A stretch of DNA of 64,000 nt from the NCBI RefSeq assembly GCF_006345805.1, contig NC_043001.1, forward strand, positions 116,250,001 to 116,314,000, read 5' to 3'. Made by a program: the position numbers and the translations under genes. This document shows positions 13,190-26,778 of the stretch, in pieces. The notes under the pieces are model-generated. The model saw nothing but the letters and a program-made list of their open reading frames with translations, had not been told where the DNA came from and did no database searches. Within the stretch, counting starts at the first letter, position 1, and each line of letters begins with the position of its first letter. The stretch comes from Octopus sinensis. Taxonomy: Eukaryota.

Positions 13190-13734
13190 TACACACATGT
13201 ATATATGTAGTGTATGTGTATGTACAAACATAAATATGTAGGTGTGGATGTGTGTGGATGTGAATATGAAGTAGAATCTACTTATAATTGTAATGTTATC
13301 AGCTGGTTAATGTTATCGAAATTGATGTGACCCAAGTGGTTTATTTGCTTAAATGTTAAGGGAGGAAGCTGGTAGAATTATTAGCACGCTGGACAAAATG
13401 CTTAGTGGCATTTCATCTGTCTTTATGTTCTGAGTTCAAATCCCACGAAGTTCAACTTTGCCTTTCACCCTTCCAGGGTCGATTAGAAAAAGTACCACTT
13501 GAGTACTGGGATCAATGTAATCAGCTAGCTCCTTCCTCTGAACTTGCTGGCCTTGTGCCAAAATTTGAAATCAAAGTTTGCAGTCAGTTAACATTACTGA
13601 AAAGACACTGTCACAAAGTGACCACAGTAAGTAGCTTCCACTATGTATGTTACATGTGTGTGTTTATGAATATAAGAGGATGTGAGTGTGCGCACACACA
13701 CACACACACACACACACATATGAATATATGTATT

Positions 13735-13776
<42 letters not shown>

Positions 13777-13878
13777 TTCTTTTATTCTTCTACTTGTTTC
13801 AGTCATTTGACTGGCCATGCTGGAGCACTGCCTTATACATGTAAAAAATGCACACGTGTGTGTGTGTGTGGACGGATT

Positions 13879-13937
<59 letters not shown>

Positions 13938-14619
13938 TAGATAGACAGACAGAGAGATCCATTTCCCTATCTGTATATGTAAATATGTTTGTGTATATAT
14001 ATATAGCATCATTATAGATTTTTTGTTCACTTTTCCATCCTTACAGAGATGAGACAGAATTTAGACACCTTTCCTGTCATCAAACCTTCACCTGTCTCCA
14101 AATAAAACAATATTTCCCCATGACTGGACATGTTTGTGCAGAAGATTGGAAACAAATAACACAGCTCATATGATGATGATAATGTTTGTTTACAGTTATC
14201 ATGCAATATTTAGTCTAAGAGACACACACATACACAAACCCACACAAACTTATATATATATATATGAGACAGGCTTCTTTCAGTTTCTTTTCACCAAATC
14301 CACTCAGAAGGCTTTGGCTGGCCTGGAGCTATAGTAGAAGACACCTGCTCAATGAGCAACACTGTAGGACTGTATCCAAAGCCATGTGGCTGGGAAGCAA
14401 ACTTCCTTATTGCCTGGCCATGCATGCACCTATTTTATATATTTATATATGTATGTATATATATATATAAAATAAATATAAGAGAGTGGTCACTATATGG
14501 CTCACTCTAGCACCAGTTAATCCAAAAGGTTTCAACCACTAAAAATACATGTTTCCCATGAAAGTCAGTACGATTGTTAGCTCACGCGGACAGGGCAAAT
14601 AAAAAATAACAAAAATACA

Positions 14620-14711
14620 GATTATCTTGGGACAATTGTTTCGCTATTAATGAATTAAATGTAATTTTACTTACAAAAAAATCCACTTGTAGCTCATCGG
14701 CCAAAACTATC
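14620..14711 (-). ncRNA. Type I hammerhead motif, copy 1 (U4C core variant)
   Basis: Minus strand: gatagttttgg-CCGATGA-GCTA..loop..TAGC-GAAAC-AATT-GTC-ccaagataatc; 10 of 11 pairs in helix I. Confidence 0.65.
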
Positions 14712-15155
14712 TGGATGAAATCCACTCAATCACACGCCAGATTTTACCATAACGATAAATACGCGTGTGGTTCAATTGATTACATCCGACGTTATAATTC
14801 AAATGCCCCAACTAACAGCGCGCCAAACTTTCACGGAAAACAAATACAGCATTTAGAAATAAATGCAGCATAATTATAATTAATTAATAAGGGTGAGAGA
14901 ATTAGATACTAATTTAATAGTATATCCATTCAACACCAAGTGGCCTAGTGCTCCGAGAAACCTGGATTATTATAATATTTTATAATATATTATAATATTT
15001 TTACAAAATAAATATAAGAGAGTGGTCACTATATGGCTCACTCTAGCACCAGTTAATCCAAAAGGTTTCAACCACTAAAAATACATGTTTCCCATGAAAG
15101 TCAGTACGATTGTTAGCTCACACGGACAGGGCAAATAAAAAATAACAAAAATACA

Positions 15156-15247
15156 GATTATCTTGGGACAATTGTTTCGCTATTAATGAATTAAATGTAA
15201 TTTTACTTACAAAAAAATCCACTTGTAGCTCATCGGCCAAAACTATC
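15156..15247 (-). ncRNA. Type I hammerhead motif, copy 2 (identical to copy 1)
   Basis: Same sequence 536 bp from copy 1. Confidence 0.65.
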
Positions 15248-15386
15248 TGGATGAAATCCACTCAATCACACGCCAGATTTTACCATAACGATAAATACGC
15301 GTGTGGTTCAATTGATTACATCCGACGTTATAATTCAAATGCCCCAACTAACAGCGCGCCAAACTTTCATTTATTGCATTTATTTC

Positions 15387-15418
<32 letters not shown>

Positions 15419-15659
15419 TACATATGCATATACACACATATATATATACACACACACACATATGGTTGCATGTATCTACACATACCTACCTACCTATGTA
15501 CATACATACATACATACATACATACACACTTATCATCTCACTAGTAAATTAGGCTCCTTAGCTAAACAATGGGGTGGGTTTTACCATAGCTCTGAACTGA
15601 CAAGTCTTTCTTAAGACACCAAAGATCACTTACTCGTCTTTCAAACCCTGTAATGGATG

Positions 15660-15693
<34 letters not shown>

Positions 15694-15850
15694 GTGAGGG
15701 GACAAATAAAAGAAAGGAGCACTCAACACATTATTTAGAACAGTCTGATTCAACTCCATGTAAGTTCCAAAGGCTTGTTATAGGACCCTAGCTATCCTAT
15801 AACAAACCTAAGGAGCTTTAAGTTGCATGAGCTTGAATCAGACTGTTTTA

Positions 15851-15905
<55 letters not shown>

Positions 15906-15910
15906 AAGCA

Positions 15911-16250
15911 TAAAGGATAAAGCGTCTCTTCAGTCATGAAGGACCATGGGACTGCACCTAGAAAGTTCCCCTCCGAAGTAAAAGTCCAGGCACAGTTGTT
16001 TATAGAAGACCAGCAGTCACCCATGCATACCAGCTTCCCCCTTCCACACCACTGATGTTATCCAAGGGAAAAGCAAAGGCTGATACAGCTTGGCACCAGT
16101 GACGTCACAACTCATTTCTACAGTTGAGTAAACTGGAGCAACATAAAATAAATTGTCTTGCTCAAGAATGCAACACACAGCCCAGTCCAAGAATCGAACT
16201 CACTACCTCATGATTGTGATCTGACATTCTAATCACTGAGCCATGCATCT
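15911..16250 (-). mobile_element. SINE family D
   Basis: Colinear with 10710-11055. Confidence 0.8.
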
Positions 16251-17202
16251 TAACACACACACACATATAAATAAGTGTGTGTGTGTGTTTATATATATAT
16301 TTTTATATATACACACAGATACATATGTGCATGCACGCGTAACCACAGACATAACAGACATAGATATATTTATTCCACAGACATTTGATCCAACCAAAAT
16401 TTTGCGTTCATATCTGTGTGGGTGTGTACATATTTCTTTAGTTCTATAAATGCACGCATGAATATACATGTATGGTATGGGTGCATATATCTGTTGTGTA
16501 CATTAGTAAATATTATACACACACAAAACATACATAAACACACACATATATATAAAGAGAGAGAGAGAGAGTGATGCATTTGAATTAATATGTCCGAGAT
16601 AGATTTTTGGTTTTATGATGGTCATACAAACAAGAGAATAAGTGTGGAAACAAACGAGCAACATACTAAAATGATAAAAAAAACATTGCCCTGTACAAGT
16701 ATAAATGTACAAAAATAATCTTGAGTGTGCTTGTGTGGATATGTGTGTATATGTAACATGCATTTTTTTACTGTATCAATAAATTATATAGGAAAGTTTA
16801 TATAAGTTTGATATAAGATTAAAGCGTTGCAGGATGTAAATATCCCAATTTAATACATACATACCATTATGAAATATAAAAGCCAGTCCCGACACTGACA
16901 ACATCCGTGAAACTTGTAGTCTCCATGTTTTCTAATCAAAGTAATGTCAGCAAAGATCTCAATAGGGCACTCCAAAAGAAGGAAATACGTAAACTCTGTT
17001 TGTTTCCATCCTTATATTAATTTGTGCATGTGTATGTGTGAGTGTGTGTGGGCACATACACACGCATACACACACATTTATATATAGACACACATACACA
17101 CATAGGCACACATAAATATAAGTTCAGTGGCTGAGTATATGCATACACAAATGTGCATGAGTATATTACATATTTACTTGTATATTTACATACACACATA
17201 TA

Positions 17203-17237
<35 letters not shown>

Positions 17238-17239
<2 letters not shown>

Positions 17240-17628
17240 TTCTATTTTTAAACTTGTTTCAGTCATTTGACTGCAGCCATGCTGGAGCACCACCTTTAGT
17301 CAAACAAATCGACACTGGGATTTATTATTTGTAAGCCTAGTACTTATTCTATCGGTCTCTTTTGCCAAACCACTAAGTTACAGGGACATAAACACACCAA
17401 CATCGGTTGTCAAGTGATGGTGGGGGAACAAACACTGACACAAATACATACATATATATATATACGACAGGCTTCTTTTCAGTTTCCATCTACCAAATCC
17501 ACTCACAAGGCTTCGGTTGGCCTGAGACTATAGTAGAAGACACCTGCCGATGATGCCACGCAACGGGAATGAATCCGGAACCATGAAGTTGGGAAGCAAG
17601 CTTCTTACCACACAGCCACTCCTATGCC
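17238..17628 (-). mobile_element. SINE family A
   Basis: Full-length similarity. Confidence 0.85.
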
Positions 17629-17662
<34 letters not shown>

Positions 17663-18979
17663 TATATATATGTGTCTGTGTTTATGTATACACACACACA
17701 CAATGTATATGCATGAACATGAGTGTGCATATATATATAAAACATGTTAAACGATGATATATATACACATATATATATACATATATGGCCTGCCTGCTTA
17801 GCCAGCAGGGTGGCGTCATTTGAAGGCTAAAACAATGCGAAGCGCATTGTGACCAGCGATGTGTAGCAACATCTGATAGCCTGGTCGGTCACAGTGATCA
17901 CGGTGATATATACATATATATATATACACATATATACACATACACACACACACACACACACATATATACATGTGTGTGTGTGTTGAAAGAGAAAGAAAGA
18001 GAGAAAGACTGAAAATGAAGAGACCAGCCTCTTTCAGAAAACTTTTATTAAGGGGAAGATGCACCAAAAGGTGCTTGGCACAGTAGTATTTACTGATTTG
18101 GGATAAGCTCTTCATGCATGGCAGCATCAGCAGCCAGTCTTGTCCAAGACGCAGGCTGTGCTAAACTTTCTCCACGCATTCCTTCAGTACCTGAAAATTG
18201 CTGACTAATGGAATTATGTCAAACAGCTGTTGTAGCATGCGGAATCCAGCTGTTGGTGGGGTCCATTGTGAAGATCACCCTTGCTGTCTTCTTTTTGGCA
18301 GACAAGAGCAAGCAGTTTCCATATGTCTGGTGACTGTGGGTGGCTGTCATCATTGCCATTTTTTTAACTATCCACTTTTCCATGCTTGCATGGGTTGGAC
18401 TGAGTTTAATGAGGCATATTTTCTATGCCCTTCCTGTCACCAACCCCCATCTGGTTCTAAACAAGGTAATACTTCTCTATGGTCATCATCATCACCGTCA
18501 TCATTTAACATCCATCTTCCATGTTGGCATGGATTGGATGGTTTGACAGGAGCTGATCAGGCAGGATCCTGCACCAGATGTCAGTGTTTGTTTTGGTACA
18601 GTTTTTACAGCTGGATGCCCTTCCTAACACCAACCATCCAGCAGAGTGGACGTATGGTTTTGCAAAATTTCATAAAGGAATGGCACTGCTTGTATGATGG
18701 TGACGTTTGTTTATAGCTATCACACAATAACGAGAGAAGGAGATACACACTCACATATACATGTACACAGGCATATATCTGATGTGTTTCAGTTTTCATC
18801 CATCAAATCCACTCACAGGGCTTTGATCAGTCTGAGGTTATAGTGGAAGACATTTGCTCAAAGTGCCATGCAGTGGGACTGAACCTAATACCATATGGTT
18901 GGGAAGCGAGCTTCTTAACCATATAGCCACACCAGCACCTACACACATACAGCACACACATATCTATATGTATGTCATG

Positions 18980-19285
18980 GTACTCCACCAGTTATGATGG
19001 TGAGGGTGCCAGTTGATCCAATCAAAAGAACAGCCTGCTTGTGAAATTAATGTGCAAGACATGTGCACCTTTAACGTAGTTCTCAGGGAGATTCAGTGAG
19101 ACACAGAGTGTGACAAGGCTGGCCCTTTGAAATACAGGTACAATTCATTTTTACCAGCTGAGTGGACTGGAGAAACATGAAATAAAGTGTCTTGCTGAAG
19201 GACACAATGCATCACTGGGAATTGAACTCATGACCTTATGAGCATGAGCCAAATCCCCTAACCACTAAACCACGTATCTTCACAT
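18980..19285 (-). mobile_element. tRNA/CORE SINE family E, diverged
   Basis: Similar to 42612-42960. Confidence 0.75.
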
Positions 19286-19668
19286 GTGTAATATGCACGC
19301 ATGTAAGGCGGCAAGCTAGCAGAATCCTTAGCATGCCAGGCAAAATGCTTTGCAGCATTACATCTATGTTCTGAGTTCAAATCCACTGAGGTCAACTTTC
19401 CCTTTCATCCTTTCAGGCTCAATAACATAAGTACCAGTTGAGCACAAGGGTTGATGTAATCAGCTTACCACCTCCTCCAAAATTGCTGGCCTTGTGCCAC
19501 TATTTGAAACCAATATGCAGGCATGTAGCCCAGTGGTTTTAGTGTTCAGCCCATGATCATAATGCTATGGGCTCACTTCTTAAACCAGGAGAAGCATTAT
19601 GTCCTTAAGCAAGGCACTTCATTCCACATGACCCCAGTCTATTCAGCTGTAATGAGAACCTATTTTAA

Positions 19669-19890
19669 CCCTTTTATTACTGTATTTATATTGAGATGCT
19701 CTGTGTTTCATTCAATTAATTTTAAATATAACAAAGAATTTAGTAAAATAACTTAGTTATCATTAAGTTAACGTTAGGAACATTAATTGTGACTAAAGTT
19801 TGGTGGAAGATTTTTACTCAAAACTTATGAAAACAAGACATTTGTACTACAGAGCCAGAGCCGGCTTCAGCCAGGTTAGTAACGAAAGGG
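19669..19890. mobile_element. piggyBac-like MITE, family 1
   Basis: TTAA target sites at 19665-19668 and 19891-19894; TIRs ccctttt-attac / gtaacgaaaggg; an inverted copy lies at about 29040-29250. Confidence 0.75.
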
Positions 19891-20664
19891 TTAAGCTAGT
19901 GCAACTCGCTCTCCTTCCAACTGTCATATACTTAATATACTGTTGGGTCAAGAAGGTGTTCACATCTACTTGTGATACATAGGCACCAAACATAAGTAGT
20001 AAAAGCAAAACCAAAAACCATACAGCACAACCAGCTATCTCTCACTGATGCCATACATTCAGGTACGTATGGTATCAGAGAGAGACATTGATTTCTATAT
20101 CTGTCTGTCTGTATATAATATATGTATGCATGCACACATTATATATATATATATATGCACACAGACAGACAGATATATAGATGAATGTTTAGCTTGTAAC
20201 GTGATAAATAACAATACAACCAGGGTTGACTTTGATTTCAAGTTTTGCCTCAGGAGTCTTACTTAAACAGCCCTATTCAAGTGTCTGAATAAACCTCATT
20301 ACACAATCTTTTGTCATGTGTGCCCTATATTGAGTGTGTACTTGTGTGAGCATTGTATGTGCAGTTATGACTTTGGGAGGGAGGAGCAAGCATGCATGCA
20401 TACGTGAGTTTACACGAGAGATATAAAGATAATTCAATGTACCATTTCATGATTGGTTGGCTATCCTACAATGTAATCTTTATGTAACCACAAAGTACCG
20501 GGAAACAAAGTTGAATTCCAGGAAATGACTGACACTGACCAATTATTGTACTGAGGAGTGGCAAGGCCAAGTTGATGAAGTATTTGCTCCTCAGTTTAAG
20601 TGTTGTTGAATTTGTCTTCTCTTACAAGCAATGTCACATGTTATATGACAATTTGGTAAATACA

Positions 20665-21160
20665 TCCCCTACTTTGCTCCAGGCCATACTATAACACTCC
20701 CCTCATTCTAGGCTAAACACTAAATACTCTTCTATTCTCTAGACTAAACGGTTAACACTCCCCTTCTCTGGAGATCATACAGTAAAAATTCCCCTTCTCC
20801 AGGTCAAACAATAAACTCCCCAATTCTGCAAATCAGGTAGTAAACTGTTCTGAGGCAAAACAGAAAAGGGAATCCCCTTGTCTAAGCAAAATATTAAATG
20901 AACCCCCTTCTCCAAGATATACAGTAAACAATCCTTGCCTTCTGCAGACCAAACAATAAACATCATACCCTGACCCAGGCCATACATAAACAATCCCACT
21001 TCCCTATACCATGGATTAAACAACCCCTGCTTCCCTAGTAGTTCCTTCTTCTCCAGATCATAAAGTATACATTCCCCTTTCTCTATAGCATATAGTAAAC
21101 AGTGCCCCCTTCTCTGAATCCAACAGTAAACATGTTCCAGGCCATACAGTGAATACTTTA
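20665..21160. repeat. Degenerate ~30-bp minisatellite
   Basis: Recurring unit approximately ccccttctccaggccatacagtaaacaat, about 16 diverged copies. Confidence 0.7.
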
Positions 21161-22351
21161 ATGCTTCGGGCAATAAAATATAATCCCCTTATCACAGTAA
21201 ACCCCCCACCCCACCCCCGTTTAAGATCATGACAGATGGACAAACAGACTGATAGATAGAAAGTGAGAGAATGAGAGACAGAAAGAGACTGCAGTGGAAT
21301 ACTGGATTAAATATTTAACTGGAATTACAAAACATGAAAGAAAGGAGGAAAGAATAATGAGAAAAAATATTGCAAAGAGACCATCGATATAATTTCAGCT
21401 TCTTTTGTAAGACATTGGACTTTACCAAAAAGAAGGAATGACATGGAGTCACTCGCAAATATGCTCCAATCGCTGACCCACAGGAGCGTTGTCCCCTCAC
21501 TCTCTTTTCTACCACTACTACAGTGGCCTTCATTCCTCAGAGCTGGTTGATCTTCATTTAAGCCCACCAGACACCGTTATTCCCACCTTCACTGCTATTT
21601 GTGTGTTCCTGACCTACTAGGCATTGCACTGCACTAATCATTATTTTTTGTTTCAGTCCTTCCCTTCCAGAATATCAATGCCCTGGAATGCTCTCCTTAT
21701 ACTCTCCTTACCAATTTTTTTTTCCAATAGTTGTCAACTATGAAGGCATACGCACAGTCCCTCCTCCCAGACAAAACAGCAATCAAACAGGAAGAAACAG
21801 AGACGATAAAATTCCCTTCAGTGAAACAACAGCATTATTTGCCTCTCTTTGTGGAGTAGAATGGCTGGATGGTCCTAAATAAACTTCATAAGTTTTACTT
21901 TTTCACTAATTATCCCACTACACTATAGTAAGATTGCTAGTTTAATGGGTAATTACTTTGTCAACTCCACAAATTGATTGAAAGGTCAAGTCAACTTGGA
22001 CAACATTTTTCAAGTTGGGTTTAAAGCTCGTCAATTATCCAATCTAATCTGGCTGTGTACCAACAAAGCTATTGGCAAACTTTCTGAAATATGTGGACTA
22101 CAGAGAACGTGATGTGTTGTTGTTTAACCCCAGGTCAGACCTTAACAGAACTCAACAAAATCACAATCAAAGCCATTCAAGTGATGATCATTTTGACTTT
22201 TCAGATAGATTTATCTCAAACTATACTACCAACAAAAACAGAAAGGATACATTGGATACAGAGATTTAGCTGTTATTTCTAAAGGGCTAAGTAATTGTGT
22301 AGAGGCACCTTCAATGGTTTGTAAATAATCCTATTGTATTAGGTTGTTGAA

Positions 22352-22690
22352 CATCATCATCATCATCATCATCATCATCGTTTAACGTCCGTTCTCCACG
22401 CTAGCATAGGTTGGACGGTTCGACTGGGGATCTGGGAAGCCAGAAGGCTGCACCAGGCTCCAGTCTAATCTGGCAATGTTTCTACAGCTGGATGCCCTTC
22501 GTAACGCCAACCACTCCGTGAGTGTAGTGGGTGCTTTTTACGTGCCACCTGCACAGGTGCCAGGCGAGGCTGGCAACGGCCACGGTCGGATTGGTGTATT
22601 TTACATGCCACCGGCACGGAAGGCAGTCGAGGCGGCGCTGGCATCGGCCATGAGTCGGATAGTGCTTTTTACGTACCACCAGACCAGGGA
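22352..22690 (-). mobile_element. Retroposon family B
   Basis: Near-identical to 11260-11565. Confidence 0.85.
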
Positions 22691-22783
22691 TCCTGGCTGG
22701 TTCACTTTGAATTTGTAAAAATTCACAATATGTAAAAATGTACATGTAAAATAGTGGCACCACATGGGACAGCAAGCATCTCT

Positions 22784-22953
22784 TTAACTCTTTAACATTC
22801 AGATTTATCAAATGTAATACTTATTTATTCACAATGTTTTGAATTAATCAAGCATTACCTTGTTGCTCTGAGATTTTGATGATAACTAATATGAACATAA
22901 AACAGGTAGAATATTTTGGCAGGATATGGCCAGTTTAAATGCTAAAGGATTAA
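22784..22953. mobile_element. piggyBac-like MITE, family 2
   Basis: ttaa-ctctttaacattcag...aaatgctaaagga-ttaa; related to 33013-34103 and 53712-54335. Confidence 0.65.
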
Positions 22954-23473
22954 GGGAAATATTTGGATGCTGCATTATCAGGTCAACTAAAATGCTGCCT
23001 TCCCTCTGTTGCTTTATTTTCTGAGTTCAAGCATTAGGAAGAGCATCCAGCCGTAGAAACACTGCCAGATCTGACTAGGCCTGATGAAGTCTTCCGGCTT
23101 CACAGACCCCAGTTGAACCGTCCAACCCATGCTAGCATGGAAAACGGACGCTAAACAATGATGATGATGATGATGAAGCCTACCAGAATTAATTTGCCAT
23201 TCATTCTTGTGGAAGGCAATGAATTAAACGACATTCAATTTATTTTGTCACTTCCTCCTCTCAGATATTTGTACCTATGTGAGAAATCCTGATGAAAAGA
23301 GAGGCAAAGGTAGAGCAGTATGGTTAATAAATTTACTTCAAAACCATAGGATTTCAAGTTCAGGTCCTCAGCAGTACCTTAGGCAAGTTTCTTCAACTAT
23401 AGTCCGGGAAGATGGAGGGAACAGCCAATGTTTTGCGAGTGAATTTGGTAGACAGAATCCGCAAGAAACCAAT

Positions 23474-23518
<45 letters not shown>

Positions 23519-24270
23519 TTGAGCATGCACACGTGTGTGAGTGGGTGGGGATGGGCACAAGTACATGTGCATGCACATGCGTGTGTACATGTGAGAGTGC
23601 GAGTGTGCATGCATCTGTGTGCGTGTGTGTGTGTGTGGGTTTTGTTTGCATGTGCGTGGGTGGGTATGTAAGTGTCTTCTCCTTGGCTTGACATTTGCTT
23701 CCTGATTGTAATCAAATCACTCTTCAAACGAATGGCATTGTTTACAAGCTCTCATGAAAACGTGTCTGGCCATAAAGCTGAACATTGTGTGAAGGATTGG
23801 TCTTGAGGGGAAGTGTTACTTTGCTCGCAAACATGTAGGGCTGGCAATAGGAAAAGCATCTGATCATTGAAAAAACAAGAGGAAACACATGGAATAGAGA
23901 GTTGCGGAAGAGGTCACAGAATGTACAGCAGAAGAACTTTGACAAAGAAATTAGAATAATAATAATGATCATGATAAAGCTGAAGTGAAGACCAAATATA
24001 TCGTGCAGGCATTTAATTGACAAAATGTGACTATCCCCAACAATATATATATATACCAGAAAGAAGGTATATATATGTGTGTGTGTGCCTGTGTGTGTAT
24101 ATATATATGTATATATACATATATATAAGTAGTTGAATGAATTATCCTAGTATGGATAATTCAGTTAACCGATACCCGGGTAGCAAATTTACGTCAGAAA
24201 GCACGGTTGAAGCTACATGCCAAGGGCAGAAATCACGTGCTTTCGTGTGGAAATTTGTGTGTTTTTTTAC

Positions 24271-24659
24271 TATAGATAAATGAAAGAATGGAGTCGAACG
24301 ACGATTTAACAAAATTCCTTTATTTTCGACACATGTTTCGAAGACTGCATATTCTTAATTCCGAAGGATTAAAGGGTGCATTATGCCGCCTTCTCATCAG
24401 GAAAGACAAGGAACTTATGTCAGCATCATGACGAACAAAAACTTTTAGATGACTTTTAGATGACATTTATCACTATGGACTCCGTGTGGGCAGTCATCTA
24501 AAAGTTTTTGTTCGTCATGATGCTGACATAAGTTCCTTGTCTTTCCTGATGCACCCTTTATTCCTTCGGAATTAAGAATATGCAGTCTTCGAAACATGTG
24601 TCGAAAATAAAGGAATTTTGTTAAATCGTCATTCGACTCCATTCTTTCATTTATCTATA
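24271..24659. mobile_element. Long inverted duplication (arms 24271-24454 and 24492-24659), Penelope inverted-pLTR-like
   Basis: Arms are near-perfect reverse complements except for a 16-nt deletion in arm 2; lies between (TA)n tracts. Confidence 0.8.
24312..24416 (-). ncRNA. Type I hammerhead ribozyme, canonical core
   Basis: Minus strand: aagttccttgtctttc-CTGATGA-GAAGGCgGCATA..loop..TATGCaGTCTTC-GAAAC-ATGT-GTC-gaaaataaaggaattt; all conserved core nucleotides present, GUC cleavage site, 11-bp helix II. Confidence 0.78.
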
Positions 24660-24714
24660 CATATATATAGATACATAAATACATATATATATATAGATAT
24701 AGATATATATATTA

Positions 24715-24930
24715 TGGCTGTCCTCTTGTTATCGAGTATGGCCATTGCATGAAGTTTAACTATTATTGGTGCTGTGATCGAATGTGACTTTTTAGCCCAG
24801 CTAAAGATCTACAATGTCTTGTGCAGAATTGGCAACTAATACCTTTACCGGTAATAGCCGGCTGTAGTTGTAACTGGGCTTCATGTGCCTTTGCATGTCG
24901 TTTAAGTCCTTCTGCCAAATTACACTGTAT
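24715..24930 (-). mobile_element. RTE-clade LINE 3' end
   Basis: ...ISCQFCTRHCRSLAGLKSHIRSQHQ* C-terminal CxxC...SH zinc motif typical of RTE ORF ends, followed by a short 3' UTR. Confidence 0.7.
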
Positions 24931-25426
24931 ATATATATACATATATACATATAGATACATGCATATATATATACATACATATATATATATATACATATGT
25001 ATATATATACACACATATATATTTACATAAGCATATCATCGTTGTCATTGTTTAGCATCCATTTTCCTGCTGGCATGGGTTGGATGGTTTGACAGGGGCT
25101 GGCCAGCTGGAGAGCTATCCCAACTCCAATTGTTTGTTGTGGCATGGTTTCTATCGCTGGATGCCCTTCTTAATGCTAACCACTTTACAAAGCATCCTGG
25201 GACCTTTTTATGTGCCACCAACCTAGGTGCAGTTTACACAGCACTGGCACAAGGGCATTTTACATGGTACCAGTACCTGCAAGACAAAGGCCTCTCAGCT
25301 CGGAAGGGAGTGGGGGTGGGGGGGTGGCTATAAAAAATATGCCTGTGTATATTGATGGACATGATGTCACTTAGCTTGCTGTGTTTACTCATGTATAGCA
25401 GAAATCCCAGTCCCTTGTCATCTCTT

Positions 25427-25427
<1 letters not shown>

Positions 25428-25479
<52 letters not shown>

Positions 25480-25489
25480 CATATATATG

Positions 25490-25523
<34 letters not shown>

Positions 25524-25606
25524 CATATATATGTATATATATATACATACATATATATGTATATACACATACATATTTATATGTATATATACATACATAA
25601 ACATAC

Positions 25607-25638
<32 letters not shown>

Positions 25639-25735
25639 ATAATACATACATATATATATATATACCTATATATACATATATATATAGAGAGAGATATATA
25701 CATTTATATACATACATATACATATATATATACAT

Positions 25736-25808
<73 letters not shown>
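25428..25808. repeat. Compound (TA)n/(TACA)n/(CA)n microsatellite
   Basis: Direct reading. Confidence 0.95.
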
Positions 25809-25810
<2 letters not shown>

Positions 25811-26070
25811 TTGCCTTATCGATTTGGTAGTCTTCATTCAAATCAATTGTTTTGACCCTAGTCCTCTTCATCAGGTTTTGAAACGCAATCATTGTATGCA
25901 ATCAATTAAAGAAAAAAGAAGTAAAAGAAACTCTATTGCTGTATTTCGTATAGAGTATATAGCCTTTGAAAGTAATCAAACTTCAACTGAGTCAATTTCG
26001 GCAGAATAGGCTAGAAGGACATACACAAATGTCCATCTGTGCTTATATACATGCAGATTCAGATGTGCAA

Positions 26071-26107
<37 letters not shown>

Positions 26108-26747
26108 CGCGGAGGCTAGCTATGTTTAATCTTCCCAAATCCTCTTGAGGTTAAAAAGAAATCTCAATAAAAAGTTGACCCCAAAATAAAAGAGATAGTA
26201 AACATCCCTGGGGGGTTCATGTGCATTATTTTATAGAAACAAGTTTGATGAATGATACACAACAGACATTTTTTAAGTGTGTATGTGTGTGTTGGCGGGG
26301 AGGGAAGGGTAACAAACAGTTCAGTATGTAAAGGTTAAGGGAGCAGCAAAAAGGTTAGTAAAAAGGGACACTAGCTTCAACATCCTTTTAACAAAATTTC
26401 TCCCCCACCCCCACCTCACCACCACCACCATCATGCTATTTGATTTCTCTGTCAACATGTTGCTGCTGTTGTTAAGCCCCAGGTCAATTGGAACAGGCCC
26501 TGTCCCTTCTGTTTAGGGGTATTTAAGAGTGTAATTATCTAGGGAGCCTTTTTGACATTATAGTAGATTGTAGTTTGAGGATTATCTGGCTGCTATTTCA
26601 TGGACTTGAGCAGGCACCAGATAAAGGCCCACTTGGTTTCATGTAAACATGTGGAAAAACAATTTAAAGCAGGACCAGAAACTTTATATACACACATGTG
26701 TACAAATATATATACATATACACACATACTTGTTGTCTGAGTGTATG

Positions 26748-26778
<31 letters not shown>

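Larger units (their letters stand above)
14469..15369 (-). mobile_element. Partial tandem element (period 536 bp, 365-bp direct repeats), Penelope pLTR/retrozyme-like
   Basis: 14469-14833 equals 15005-15369 with one mismatch (14586 g / 15122 a); flanked by TA-rich microsatellite; each copy holds a hammerhead motif. Confidence 0.75.

Noticed and set aside
16884-16925. CTGACAA...GAAAC...GTC string
   Set aside because: No helix I complementarity and negligible helix II.
18020-18345. GC-balanced, coding-looking stretch
   Set aside because: No recognisable protein motif or splice-site pair, and most frames are interrupted by stops; probably a decayed retroelement.
21315-21567. Minus-strand ORFs in unique sequence as a possible extra exon
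   Set aside because: No convincing acceptor/donor pair in phase 0/0 and no recognisable motif.
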